NCBI GenBank assembly: GCA_963769025.1
Contig: CAVYKI010000010.1
Location: 128,001 to 192,000 of the forward strand
Reading direction: 5' to 3'
Length of the DNA stretch: 64,000 nucleotides
From: an uncultured Verrucomicrobiae bacterium
GTDB lineage: Bacteria; Verrucomicrobiota; Verrucomicrobiia; Chthoniobacterales; Chthoniobacteraceae
In this document: piece by piece, positions 24,625 to 33,624 of the stretch
Layout: the number at the start of each line of letters is the position of its first letter
Position numbering within the stretch: position 1 is the first letter of the stretch
Notes under the pieces: generated by a model
Told to the model about the DNA's origin: nothing
The model's database searches: none
Seen by the model: the letters and a program-made list of their open reading frames with translations, nothing else
Position numbers and translations under genes: made by a program

Positions 24625-24783
24625 GGTTCCCCTACTCTTGGTGAACCGCCAATCGATCACCAGACGAATTCCGCCGGCCACGCGGATTCACATCGCCGCA
24701 GGACTCGATGTGGAAACCGTTTGCACGGGGATTTTGCGTTTGACGCCCTCTGGCCCGCCCGCCACTTTCCCCGCCCTTTCGCC

Positions 24784-25263
24784 ATGCGCCATACGCTGTC
24801 AGTCCTCGTTGAAAACAAATTCGGTGTGCTCACCCGCATCGCCGGCATGTTCAGCGGGCGCGGGTTCAACATTGATTCGCTCAACGTCGGCCCGACGCTC
24901 GATCCCGAAACCTCGCGCATGACCATCGTCGTCCGCGGCAACGACGCGACCCTTGAGCAGGTCAGCAAGCTCCTCGCGAAACTCATCGACGTCATCGAAG
25001 TGCAGGACTTCCGCGACGGCGAGTACGTGGACCGCGAACTCGTGCTCATGCGTGTGAAAATCACCCGCGACACCCGCGCCGAGGTCATGCAGATCTGCGA
25101 CATTTTCCGCGCGAAGATCGTGGACGTGCAGGCGAAGAATTTTGCCATCGAAGTCACCGGCAACGAGAGCAAGATCAACAAGTTCGTCTCGCTCATGGAA
25201 CCCTTCGGCATCGCCGCCCTCACCCGCACGGGCAAGGTCGTGCTGCCACGCAAGGGAGACTAG
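24784..25263 (+). CDS. ilvN: Acetolactate synthase small (regulatory) subunit
   Basis: [36 protein letters not shown] domain; RELVL; RTG. Confidence 0.95.
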   Translation: MRHTLSVLVENKFGVLTRIAGMFSGRGFNIDSLNVGPTLDPETSRMTIVVRGNDATLEQVSKLLAKLIDVIEVQDFRDGEYVDRELVLMRVKITRDTRAEVMQICDIFRAKIVDVQAKNFAIEVTGNESKINKFVSLMEPFGIAALTRTGKVVLPRKGD

Positions 25264-25333
25264 ATTCCTCCGCCCCGCACGCGCAGCGAGACCGCTGCGT
25301 GCCGCTTCATTTTCAAACACACACCCAACACTC

Positions 25334-26356
25334 ATGGCTAAAATCTACACTGACAAAGACGCCGACCTCGGCGTGCTCAAAGGCAAAACTTGCGCCGTCC
25401 TCGGCTTCGGCTCGCAGGGTCACGCCCACGCGCTCAATCTCAAGGACAGCGGCGTGAAGGTCATCATCGGCCTCTATCCCGGCTCGAAGTCCCGCGCGGT
25501 TGCGCAGGAAAAGGGCTTCGAGGTCTTCGACACCGGCGAGGCTGTGAAGCGCGCGGACGTCATCTTCGTCGGCCTGCCCGATACGAAGCAGGCGGCGGCA
25601 TTCGAGAAGGACATCCGTCCGAACCTCGCGAAGGGCAAGACGCTCCTCTTCAGCCACGGCTTCTCGATCCATTTCAAAACGATCGTCCCGCCGAAGGATG
25701 TGGACGTCATCATGGTCGCACCGAAGGGCCCCGGCCATATCGTCCGCCGCCAGTTCACCGAGGGCAAGGGCGTCCCGGCGCTCATCGCCATTTACCAAAA
25801 CCCCAGCAAGAAGGCCAAGAAGGTCGCGCTCGCGTGGGCGAAGGGCATCGGCGGCACCCGCGGCGGCGTGCTGGAGACCGACTTCAAGGAAGAGACCGAG
25901 ACCGACCTCTTCGGCGAACAGACCGTGCTGTGCGGCGGCGCGAGCGCGCTGGTGCAGGCGGGCTTCGAAGTGCTCACCGAGGCCGGCTACTCGCCCGAGA
26001 TGGCGTACTTCGAATGCCTCCATGAACTGAAGCTCATCGTGGACCTCATGAACGAATCCGGCATCGCCGGCATGCGCTTCTCGATCTCCGAGACGGCGAA
26101 ATGGGGCGACGTGCTCGTCGGCCCGCAGATCATCGACAAGTCCGTGAAGGCGCGGATGAAAGTCGCGCTCAAGAACATCCAGAGCGGCAAGTTCGCGAAG
26201 GACTGGGTGAAGGAATACAAGGGCGGCTACAAGAAATACAACGCACTCCTCAAGAAGGGCGAACAGCACCCCATCGAGAAGACCGGCGCCAAGCTCCGCG
26301 CACTCATGCCTTGGATTCAGAAAAAGAACCTCAAGGGCGCGCAGGCGGCCTACTAA
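25334..26356 (+). CDS. ilvC: Ketol-acid reductoisomerase
   Basis: [51 protein letters not shown]. Confidence 0.97.
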   Translation: MAKIYTDKDADLGVLKGKTCAVLGFGSQGHAHALNLKDSGVKVIIGLYPGSKSRAVAQEKGFEVFDTGEAVKRADVIFVGLPDTKQAAAFEKDIRPNLAKGKTLLFSHGFSIHFKTIVPPKDVDVIMVAPKGPGHIVRRQFTEGKGVPALIAIYQNPSKKAKKVALAWAKGIGGTRGGVLETDFKEETETDLFGEQTVLCGGASALVQAGFEVLTEAGYSPEMAYFECLHELKLIVDLMNESGIAGMRFSISETAKWGDVLVGPQIIDKSVKARMKVALKNIQSGKFAKDWVKEYKGGYKKYNALLKKGEQHPIEKTGAKLRALMPWIQKKNLKGAQAAY

Positions 26357-26384
26357 GGTCTCACCAATTCAAACCAGAACGCGG

Positions 26385-26410
26385 AGGCCGGGCGAAAGCC
26401 CGGCCTTTGT
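26385..26410 (+). terminator. Rho-independent terminator after ilvC
   Basis: aggccgggc-gaaa-gcccggcct stem-loop followed by ttgt. Confidence 0.75.
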
Positions 26411-26478
26411 CGTTTGAAAGTTTTGCCAGACACGAATGATTCTCGACCTTCCGGCTATCGAGTGGCTTCAAAGACGCC

Positions 26479-27164
26479 ATGAATAAAGCGATTTGCGCAT
26501 TCCTGGTCGCCCTGCTCATGGCCGGACTTTCCCGTGCGGAGGACAGGCAGTGGCTTTCCACAGGCAAGATCCTCATCGGTGCTTGGAGGTGAATCCGAAA
26601 TTGAAGAACGGAGAGCCGATTCCCGAGGTTTTTTATGGGACGTGTGTCGAACTCCTGCAGACAACCTCCATTCTGAATGGTGCCCGCAAGCGGGTGAGTT
26701 CCTTGCACCCGGATTTGCTGCCCCAGCCCTGCAAATTGAAAGCGGCAAGATTGCCAGGAACACGCATCATCGTTCTAGGGGCGTTTGCGCCCGACCCGGC
26801 CTATGCCCAGGCATATTTGGACTCGGTGATGGACGAGTTTCTGGCCAAGGCGAAAGAAACGCACATGGACGGGCAGGACGCGCTGTTTGCCGTAATGGAT
26901 GAAATTGTCAGGGAAATCTTTCTTGCGGAGAAGCAGATCAAGGCGGCCGAGCAGAACGGGATGAAGCCCGATCAGTTGGCTGAGGCGAAGGCCAAGGTGC
27001 AGCAAGACAAAATACTCCATGAAAGACTCGTCGGCACCGCGCAGAAACTTGAGGATCGAGTTGGTGGTGGCAAAATTTTCAGCGTTGTTGAACGAGCAAG
27101 TAATCCAGTCGCTGTTCAACCCGGTTCTCCTCTTCCAGATGTCTTCAAGAAAGAGAAGGAATGA
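26479..27164 (+). CDS. Secreted hypothetical protein resembling the periplasmic domain of Wzz/Wzc polysaccharide co-polymerases; frameshift near 26580; lower GC
   Basis: Signal MNKAICAFLVALLMAGLSRA; FYGTCVELLQ...DPAYAQAYLDSVMDEF...FSVVERAS.P. Confidence 0.55.
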
Positions 27165-27229
27165 ACTGCTGATGCAGCACAGCGGCGACGCCTCCGGCGT
27201 CGAAAAGATGTTTTACCCCCTTCTCTTGC

Positions 27230-27391
27230 GGTTTTTCACCCAAACGCTTCGGTGATTTACCGAGATGCTTGGGTGATTGACCGAAGCGTTTCGATGTTTG
27301 ACCCAAAGTTTTGGGTGATTCACCCAAACATTTGGCTTTTTCACCCAAACCGAAGGGTCGCGGACCGAAACGTTGCGGTGATTTTCCCTTC
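27230..27391. repeat. Tandem array of 7-8 degenerate, internally palindromic 21-bp units (consensus GGTGATTNACCCAAANGTTTG)
   Basis: Units start at 27230, 27251, 27272, 27293, 27314, 27335, 27356, 27377. Confidence 0.85.
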
Positions 27392-28023
27392 CGCCGGGGC
27401 GCGGCGGGCTACGGGGGTCGGCGGTTTGGGCTTCCGGGGGGTGCGGGGGAAGTGGGCTTTCATCCGGTCGTAGTAGCCTTGGGCGTCGGTGTTGCCGCGG
27501 GCGGCAAGTTCGGCGATCTGGTTATAGATGGCGAGGGTGGCGCGGCGGGTGTCGTGGGCGGCGAGGCGGCGCATGATGACGACTTTGCGGGCGAGGGCCG
27601 CGGCCTTGGTGTCCATGGGGGCGGTGTCGTTGAAGAGCGCGGTGTCCTGCGTGTACTCGGTGGCGTCCACGACGAAGGGCTTCCAGTCGGGGTGCGCGGC
27701 GAGGGCTTCGGCGGCGATTTCGTCCAGCTCGGTGCTCTGGTCGATGCTGAGGAGGCGCCTGAGGTCGGCGTCGGAGATGTCGGTGATGCCGGGGAGGAGG
27801 GCGAGGGCTTCGTCGAGTTTCTGGACGAAGAGGGCGATGTTCTGCGGGGTGATGGCGGCGGATATCTGGTTGTCTGCGGACATGGGTGGCGAAGTTGGAG
27901 GGTTGGGATATGCGGATGCGGGCACGTTCCCATCCCATGTGAATTCAGGACCCATGTCCCAACGGAGTGGTTCTCCATTGGGCAACGTCATGTCCCACCC
28001 CTGAGGGGTTCGGGCTGCGGCAT
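27341..28023 (-). CDS. Hypothetical helical protein with Trp-Asp-repeat N-terminal leader; probable true stop TAG at 27409-27411
   Basis: Strong C-ending codon bias; core MSADNQISA...LPGITDISDADLRRLL...YYDRMKAHFPR from 27883; upstream EPLRWDM motifs; ATG at 28023 is out of frame by 2 nt. Confidence 0.75.
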
Positions 28024-28098
28024 CGCCGCGAAGTGCAAAATAGCGGGCGCGCGCGGGCAAGCCCAATTTTCTCAATTATGCCGGCAAGTACTCGGCGC

Positions 28099-28671
28099 TC
28101 AGCAGATGCGGCAGGGATCGGTGTCGCGGTTCTGGTTCCACGGAGCTTTGCCGAGGAGCATGGCCATTCCGCAAAAGCCGCTGATGCCGGAGAAAATCAG
28201 GCCCGCGGCCATGAAAAGGACGAGGTAAGTGAAGCCAGGATGGACGTAACGGGCGAGCAGCCAGAATGTGAGGATGAGAACGCCGAGGGTGATGCGGACC
28301 TGGCCGTCGAGCGGGATGCCCGCCTTTGCGCCGCGCTCCACGGCCAGTCCGGCAGTGACGCAAGCGTCGGTGCCGCCCGTGACGACGCAGACGTTTGTAA
28401 ACCCTGCGGCGCGGAATTGCTCGGCGGCCTTTGCCGCGCGGCTGCCACCTTTGCAAAGGAGGTAGATCGGCGCGCCGGGCGCGGGGCTCAGGGCGTCGGC
28501 GGCTTTTTTCGGGTCGAGCACGTCGAGCGGGGCGAGCTTTGCACCCTGCACATGGCATTCGGCGAATTCGGCGGGCGTGCGGACATCGAGCACGCAGAGC
28601 GGCGTGCCTTTTGAAACGAGTGCGCCGAAGTCGGCGGTGGAAATGCTGGCGGGAGCGTCGGTGGTGGTCAT
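28099..28671 (-). CDS. Rhodanese-like sulfurtransferase with C-terminal DUF2892 membrane domain (YgaP-like)
   Basis: LDVRTPAEF, CKGGSRA, GGTDA; FSGISGFCGMAMLLGKAPWN. Confidence 0.9.
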   Translation of the reverse strand: MTTTDAPASISTADFGALVSKGTPLCVLDVRTPAEFAECHVQGAKLAPLDVLDPKKAADALSPAPGAPIYLLCKGGSRAAKAAEQFRAAGFTNVCVVTGGTDACVTAGLAVERGAKAGIPLDGQVRITLGVLILTFWLLARYVHPGFTYLVLFMAAGLIFSGISGFCGMAMLLGKAPWNQNRDTDPCRIC

Positions 28672-28778
28672 GAAAACGAGGGCTGAAGGCGCGCAGGATA
28701 GACCCGTTGCCCGGGATTTCACCGGACTTATTTTGAGCGACAACGCCATTCCGTTGTCCTACCCACCCGCTCCCGCCT

Positions 28779-29900
28779 ATGAAATCCCGCCTCCTCTTTC
28801 TGCTCGCCGCGCTTTTTGCCGCCTCCGTGCCCATGCGCGCACAGGAAGATCCCGCGCAGGAGCCGTCGGTGAAGGCGGTGGCGAAGGCGATGCCGGCAGT
28901 GGTGAACATCAACACGGAATCCATCGTGCGGCGGACCGTGCGCGACCCGATGGATGCGTTTTACAATGATTTCTTCGGCGGAGCGATGCGGCCGCCGCGG
29001 ACCATCAACCAGAAGGTGCAGAGCCTCGGGTCGGGTTTCTTCATCGACGACAAGGGGACGATCATCACGAATGCGCATGTCGTGGCGCGCGCGGCGGAGA
29101 TGAAGATTTCCGTGACCACGCCGGCCGGGAAGACCTACACGGCGCGCTACATTGCCGGCGACCCGGACCACGACCTGGCGATGATCCGGGTGGATTCGAA
29201 GGAGAAGTTCCCTTTCATCGCGCTGAATGATCTTTCGCCAAATCTCCTCGGGCAGACGTGCCTCGTGCTCGGGAATCCGCTCGGCTACAGCTCGTCCGTG
29301 GCGCGCGGCATCCTGAGCGCGAAGGGCCGAAGCGTGACGGTCGGCGACGTGGAGTATGAGAACCTCGTGCAGACGGATGCGGCCATCAATCCCGGCAACA
29401 GCGGCGGCCCGGTCGTGGACATTGCGGGCCGGCTCGTGGGGATGTCGTCGGTGAAGATGTCCTTCACGCCGCAGGGCGTGCCCACGCAGGGGCTCGGGTT
29501 CGCGATTCCCGGCCACGTGGTGAGGGCAAAGGTGGATGAGTTCCGGAAAATCGAGCGCGGCGAAAAGCTGCCGGAGAAGCCGAGCCTCGCGACGAAGTTC
29601 TTCGGCCTCGTGCTCCAGGACGTGGACGAGAAGCTCGCGACGAGCACCGGCTTTCGCGAAGACGCCGGGGCATTCATCAAGGGCGTGGAGCCGAAGTCCC
29701 CCGCGGCGGCGGCCGGACTCCAGCCCGGGATGCTGATCGCGGCGGTGGGGCGTTTCGAGGTGAACGGCGTGAAGCCGATCGAAAAGCTGCTCAAGCAGGT
29801 GGACACCGGGAGCCGCGTGGATTTCGGGATCGCGTGGTTCCAGCAAGCCGTGCGCGGGCCCCGTCTCGTGAGCGACACTTTCCCGCTCATCGCCCGATGA
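28779..29900 (+). CDS. HtrA/DegP-family periplasmic serine protease with one PDZ domain
   Basis: SLGSGF, TNAHVV, QTDAAINPGNSGGP, GLGFAIP. Confidence 0.93.
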   Translation: MKSRLLFLLAALFAASVPMRAQEDPAQEPSVKAVAKAMPAVVNINTESIVRRTVRDPMDAFYNDFFGGAMRPPRTINQKVQSLGSGFFIDDKGTIITNAHVVARAAEMKISVTTPAGKTYTARYIAGDPDHDLAMIRVDSKEKFPFIALNDLSPNLLGQTCLVLGNPLGYSSSVARGILSAKGRSVTVGDVEYENLVQTDAAINPGNSGGPVVDIAGRLVGMSSVKMSFTPQGVPTQGLGFAIPGHVVRAKVDEFRKIERGEKLPEKPSLATKFFGLVLQDVDEKLATSTGFREDAGAFIKGVEPKSPAAAAGLQPGMLIAAVGRFEVNGVKPIEKLLKQVDTGSRVDFGIAWFQQAVRGPRLVSDTFPLIAR

Positions 29901-30131
29901 CCGGCGCGGATCGGTGAACCGATTTTTGCCGGAATCCGCGCAGTCAAAATGCCGAAAAAGACCCACTTGCCAACTTCGCCGAGCCTGCTATTTGTCCGCC
30001 CCCCTTGGCAGCCGCATGGCTGCCGGTGACCAAGCATCCGTTCAGTCGTTGACCTCGTCAATTGGCGTCGTGCGCATGCACAGAGCCCGAGTCGGCAGCA
30101 GGACGGAGCACCAGCCACACGCATCGCACTC

Positions 30132-31061
30132 ATGATTAAAGTCGAACATCTCACCAAGAAATACGGCACGTTTACCGCCGTGAACGACATCAGCTTTCAG
30201 GTGGAGAAGGGCGAAATCGTCGGCTTCCTCGGGCCAAACGGCGCGGGAAAAAGCACGACGATGAAAATCCTCACCAGCTTCCTCCCGGCGACCTCCGGCA
30301 GGGCGAGCATCGCGGGATTCGACGTCTTCGACCAGAGCATCGAGGCACGCAAGCGGCTCGGCTACCTGCCCGAAAACACGCCGCTGTATCCCGACATGAA
30401 GGTCGGCGAATATTTGCGCTATCGCGCGGCGCTCAAGGGCGTGCCGCGTTCAAAGATGCGCGAGCGCGTCGGCGACGTGCTCGAGCTTTGCCACCTCGCG
30501 GATCGCGAGAACCAGCTCATCGGCAGCCTTTCCAAAGGCTACCGCCAGCGCACCGGTCTCGCGGATGCGCTCGTCCATGACCCGGAACTGCTCATCCTCG
30601 ACGAGCCGACCATCGGCCTCGATCCGAACCAGATCCGGACGGTGCGCGAACTCATCAAGAACCTCGCCAAGAAGCGCACCGTGCTCATCAGCACGCACAT
30701 CCTGCCCGAGGTGGAAATCATGTGTTCGCGCGTCATCGTGATTCACAAGGGGACGATCCGCGCGACCGACACCGCGGAGAATTTGCTGAAGAACCACCGC
30801 TCCGTCGGCGAGCTCCGACTCGAGGCACGCGCGGGTGAAGGCGCGGCCGGCGCGCTCCGCGGCATCGCCGGCGTGAAGGACGTGACCGAGGAACAGAACG
30901 GCGAATGGACGACCTTCAAGCTCCGGCTCGACGCCAACGCGCGGCCCGGCGAGGAAATCCTGAAGCTCGCGCAGCAGCGCAACTGGCCCGTGCGCGAACT
31001 CCACCAGAAGAGCGCGACGCTTGAGGACGTGTTCGCCGACCTGACGCTGTCCGAACACTGA
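30132..31061 (+). CDS. ABC transporter ATP-binding protein (GldA-like)
   Basis: GPNGAGKST, LSKGYRQR, ILDEPTIGLDPNQI, STHILPEV. Confidence 0.92.
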   Translation: MIKVEHLTKKYGTFTAVNDISFQVEKGEIVGFLGPNGAGKSTTMKILTSFLPATSGRASIAGFDVFDQSIEARKRLGYLPENTPLYPDMKVGEYLRYRAALKGVPRSKMRERVGDVLELCHLADRENQLIGSLSKGYRQRTGLADALVHDPELLILDEPTIGLDPNQIRTVRELIKNLAKKRTVLISTHILPEVEIMCSRVIVIHKGTIRATDTAENLLKNHRSVGELRLEARAGEGAAGALRGIAGVKDVTEEQNGEWTTFKLRLDANARPGEEILKLAQQRNWPVRELHQKSATLEDVFADLTLSEH

Positions 31062-31098
31062 GCGCGACGGCCAAACGACAGACATCCCTTTTGAAACC

Positions 31099-31863
31099 AT
31101 GAGAACATTCTTCGTCCTTCTGAGCCGCGAAGTGCGGTCGCTTTTCTACACGCCCATCGCCTACGTGGTGCTGGTGTTTTTCCTCGCGCTGATGGGATTC
31201 AACTTCCAGGGCGCGGTGACATTCCTGAACCAGGGCCCGACGGAAACGACGCTGGTGGAGGTCACCTTCTACAATCTGATTTTCTGGTTCGTGTATCCGC
31301 TGATTTTCCCGCTCATCACCATGCGCGCATTCGCGGATGAATACCGCATGGGGACCATCGAGACCCTCTCGACCGCGCCGGTGAACGACTGGCAGATCGT
31401 GCTCTCGAAGTTTTTCGGCGCGGTGACGTTCTACGTCATCCTCTTCCTGCCCACGTTCCTCTACTTCCGCCTCTTCCATTGGATCAGCGGCGGCAAGGAG
31501 GCCGTGCAAAGTGCGGGCGCCTACACGACCACCTACCTCCTCCTGCTGCTGCTCGGCATGTTCTTCATCAGCATCGGCATCTTCGCCAGCTCGCTCGTGA
31601 AGGATCAGGTGAATGCGGCGATCATCAGCGTCGCGTCCGTCCTGCTCTATCTTTTCGTCCCGAATCTCCTCGGCCTCATGCTGAACTCCACGGACCCGCG
31701 TTTCACGATGATGCGCGGCTTCCTGAGCCCCTTTGACCACATGCGCGACTTTGCCCGCGGCATGATCGATACCCGGCAGGTCGTCTGGTATCTCTCGATG
31801 ACGGTGCTGCTGCTCGTCATCACCCACCAGGTCTTCCAGAGCCGCAAGCTGAAGGCCGCCTGA
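31099..31863 (+). CDS. ABC-2 permease (GldF-like)
   Basis: REVRSLFYTPIAY; ITMRAFADEYRMGTIETL.TAP; 6 TM segments. Confidence 0.88.
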   Translation: MRTFFVLLSREVRSLFYTPIAYVVLVFFLALMGFNFQGAVTFLNQGPTETTLVEVTFYNLIFWFVYPLIFPLITMRAFADEYRMGTIETLSTAPVNDWQIVLSKFFGAVTFYVILFLPTFLYFRLFHWISGGKEAVQSAGAYTTTYLLLLLLGMFFISIGIFASSLVKDQVNAAIISVASVLLYLFVPNLLGLMLNSTDPRFTMMRGFLSPFDHMRDFARGMIDTRQVVWYLSMTVLLLVITHQVFQSRKLKAA

Positions 31864-31893
31864 TCCGGACGCGCAAACCGAACCACTCGCACC

Positions 31894-33606
31894 ATGGAAA
31901 AGACCAAAGCACCTCTTGACGCACCGAAAGTCATCCGCATCGGCCGCGTGCAGCTCACCCTCAACGTGATCGTGCAGGCCATTGTCGTCATCGCGATTGT
32001 CGCGATGGCGAATTACCTCAGCTTCCGCCACTACGCGCGCTTCGATCTGTCGAAGAACCAGAAGTTCGCGCTCAGCGAGCAGACGAAGGCGATCGTCGGG
32101 AATCTCACGAAGCCGGTGCAGGCCATCGTGTTCTTCGCGGGCGAAGGCGAGGCGGAGGCGAACTGCCACCAGTTGCTGCGCGAGTATGCGTTCGCATCGG
32201 GCGGGAAACTCACCGTCGAGGAGGTGAGCCCCTACCAGAACCTCACCCGCGCCCGCGAGCTGCAGACGAAGTACAAGTTCGGCGCGAACGAGAACATCGT
32301 GATCCTCGACTACGAGGGAAAAAGCAAATTCCTCAACACTGCCGACATGGCGGAAGTCGAGCAGCTCGACCAGATGGCGATGATGACGGGCCGCCGCCCG
32401 CAGATGATCGCCTTCAAGGGCGAACAGATCCTGACAAACGCGCTGCTCGAACTGACGGAAGAAAAGCAGAGCAAGGTGTACATCCTCGGCGGCCACGGAG
32501 AATACGACTTCAACGCGGGCCAGAACAAGATGCTGAAGGAGCAGATCGCCCGGCAGAACATCAAGGCCGAGGCTCTCATGCTCGCGAACCTCGAAAAGGT
32601 GCCGGATGACGCGAACGCGCTCATCATTCTCAGCCCGCGCTTCGACTACTCGGAACGCGACCTCAAGCTGCTCTCGGACTACTGGGATCGCAAAGGCCGC
32701 CTTTTCATCGCCATCGGCCCCGTCGGCAAGCGGCCCGGCCTCGACAACTGGCTCGCGGCTCGCGGCGTCCAGCCGATGAACGACACCGTGGTCCGCGTGG
32801 TAAATCTCGGCGGCATCACCGGAATGATGGAACTCGAAGGCATCATCATGCCCGGCTCGCCGATCACCAGATCGCTCGAAGGCGTGGGCGTGGCATTGAT
32901 CGGCCAGACTGAATCGCTGCACCTCGACCGAACCCAGGAAACCACCGGGCAGTTGCGCATGTCCGGGCTGATGAGCGCGCCCGAGGGATTCTGGGGCGAG
33001 ACCGAGTATGCCGCGGACCGCCGGTCGGTGCCGTTTTTCGACCCGAAAAAGGACACCGCCGGACCGCTCATGCTCGCGGTCTCCGTCGAAAAGGGCGCAT
33101 CGCGCGATCCGAACGTGAAGCTCGAGACTGCGCGCATGGTGGTCGTTGGAAATGGCGATCTCCTTTCCATGCAGGGCCTGCAAGCCGGGCCCGCCGCGCT
33201 CGATCTCGCGACGAATGCATTCAACTGGCTGCTGAACCGCGACAGCCTGATCGCGATTGCGGCGAAGCCGAAACAGAATGTGCAAATCACGCTGAACGAA
33301 GGCCAGCTCCTCTCCATCGCGAAGTGGGTGTCGCTCTACATTCCGCTGATCATCGGGCTCTTCGGCCTCTACTACCTGTGGGCGCGCAACGGGAAGAGCG
33401 TCCTGAAGCTCACGATGACGGTCACGTTCTCCTTCGTCGCGTGCTGGGTGCTGTGGCGACTGCTGCTGCGCTACCTCGGCTCGGCGGAGGGCCGGCACAT
33501 TTCACGCGACTCGCTGATCTTCGTCGGGGTCGTGTTTGTCGTCGGGGCCGCCGCGTTCATCCTGCAAAAAACTCTGCGCCGGAAGCCGCAGCCCCAGCGG
33601 ATCTGA
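31894..33606 (+). CDS. GldG-like ABC auxiliary component
   Basis: RFDLSKNQKFALSEQT, GEQILTNAL, VYILGGHGE, RMVVVGNGD, NAFNWL. Confidence 0.85.
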   Translation: MEKTKAPLDAPKVIRIGRVQLTLNVIVQAIVVIAIVAMANYLSFRHYARFDLSKNQKFALSEQTKAIVGNLTKPVQAIVFFAGEGEAEANCHQLLREYAFASGGKLTVEEVSPYQNLTRARELQTKYKFGANENIVILDYEGKSKFLNTADMAEVEQLDQMAMMTGRRPQMIAFKGEQILTNALLELTEEKQSKVYILGGHGEYDFNAGQNKMLKEQIARQNIKAEALMLANLEKVPDDANALIILSPRFDYSERDLKLLSDYWDRKGRLFIAIGPVGKRPGLDNWLAARGVQPMNDTVVRVVNLGGITGMMELEGIIMPGSPITRSLEGVGVALIGQTESLHLDRTQETTGQLRMSGLMSAPEGFWGETEYAADRRSVPFFDPKKDTAGPLMLAVSVEKGASRDPNVKLETARMVVVGNGDLLSMQGLQAGPAALDLATNAFNWLLNRDSLIAIAAKPKQNVQITLNEGQLLSIAKWVSLYIPLIIGLFGLYYLWARNGKSVLKLTMTVTFSFVACWVLWRLLLRYLGSAEGRHISRDSLIFVGVVFVVGAAAFILQKTLRRKPQPQRI

Positions 33607-33624
33607 TCTCATTTCTACCCTGCC

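Noticed and set aside
27230..27391. CRISPR array
   Set aside because: Contiguous degenerate 21-bp units with no unique spacers between identical repeats, and no cas genes in the window.
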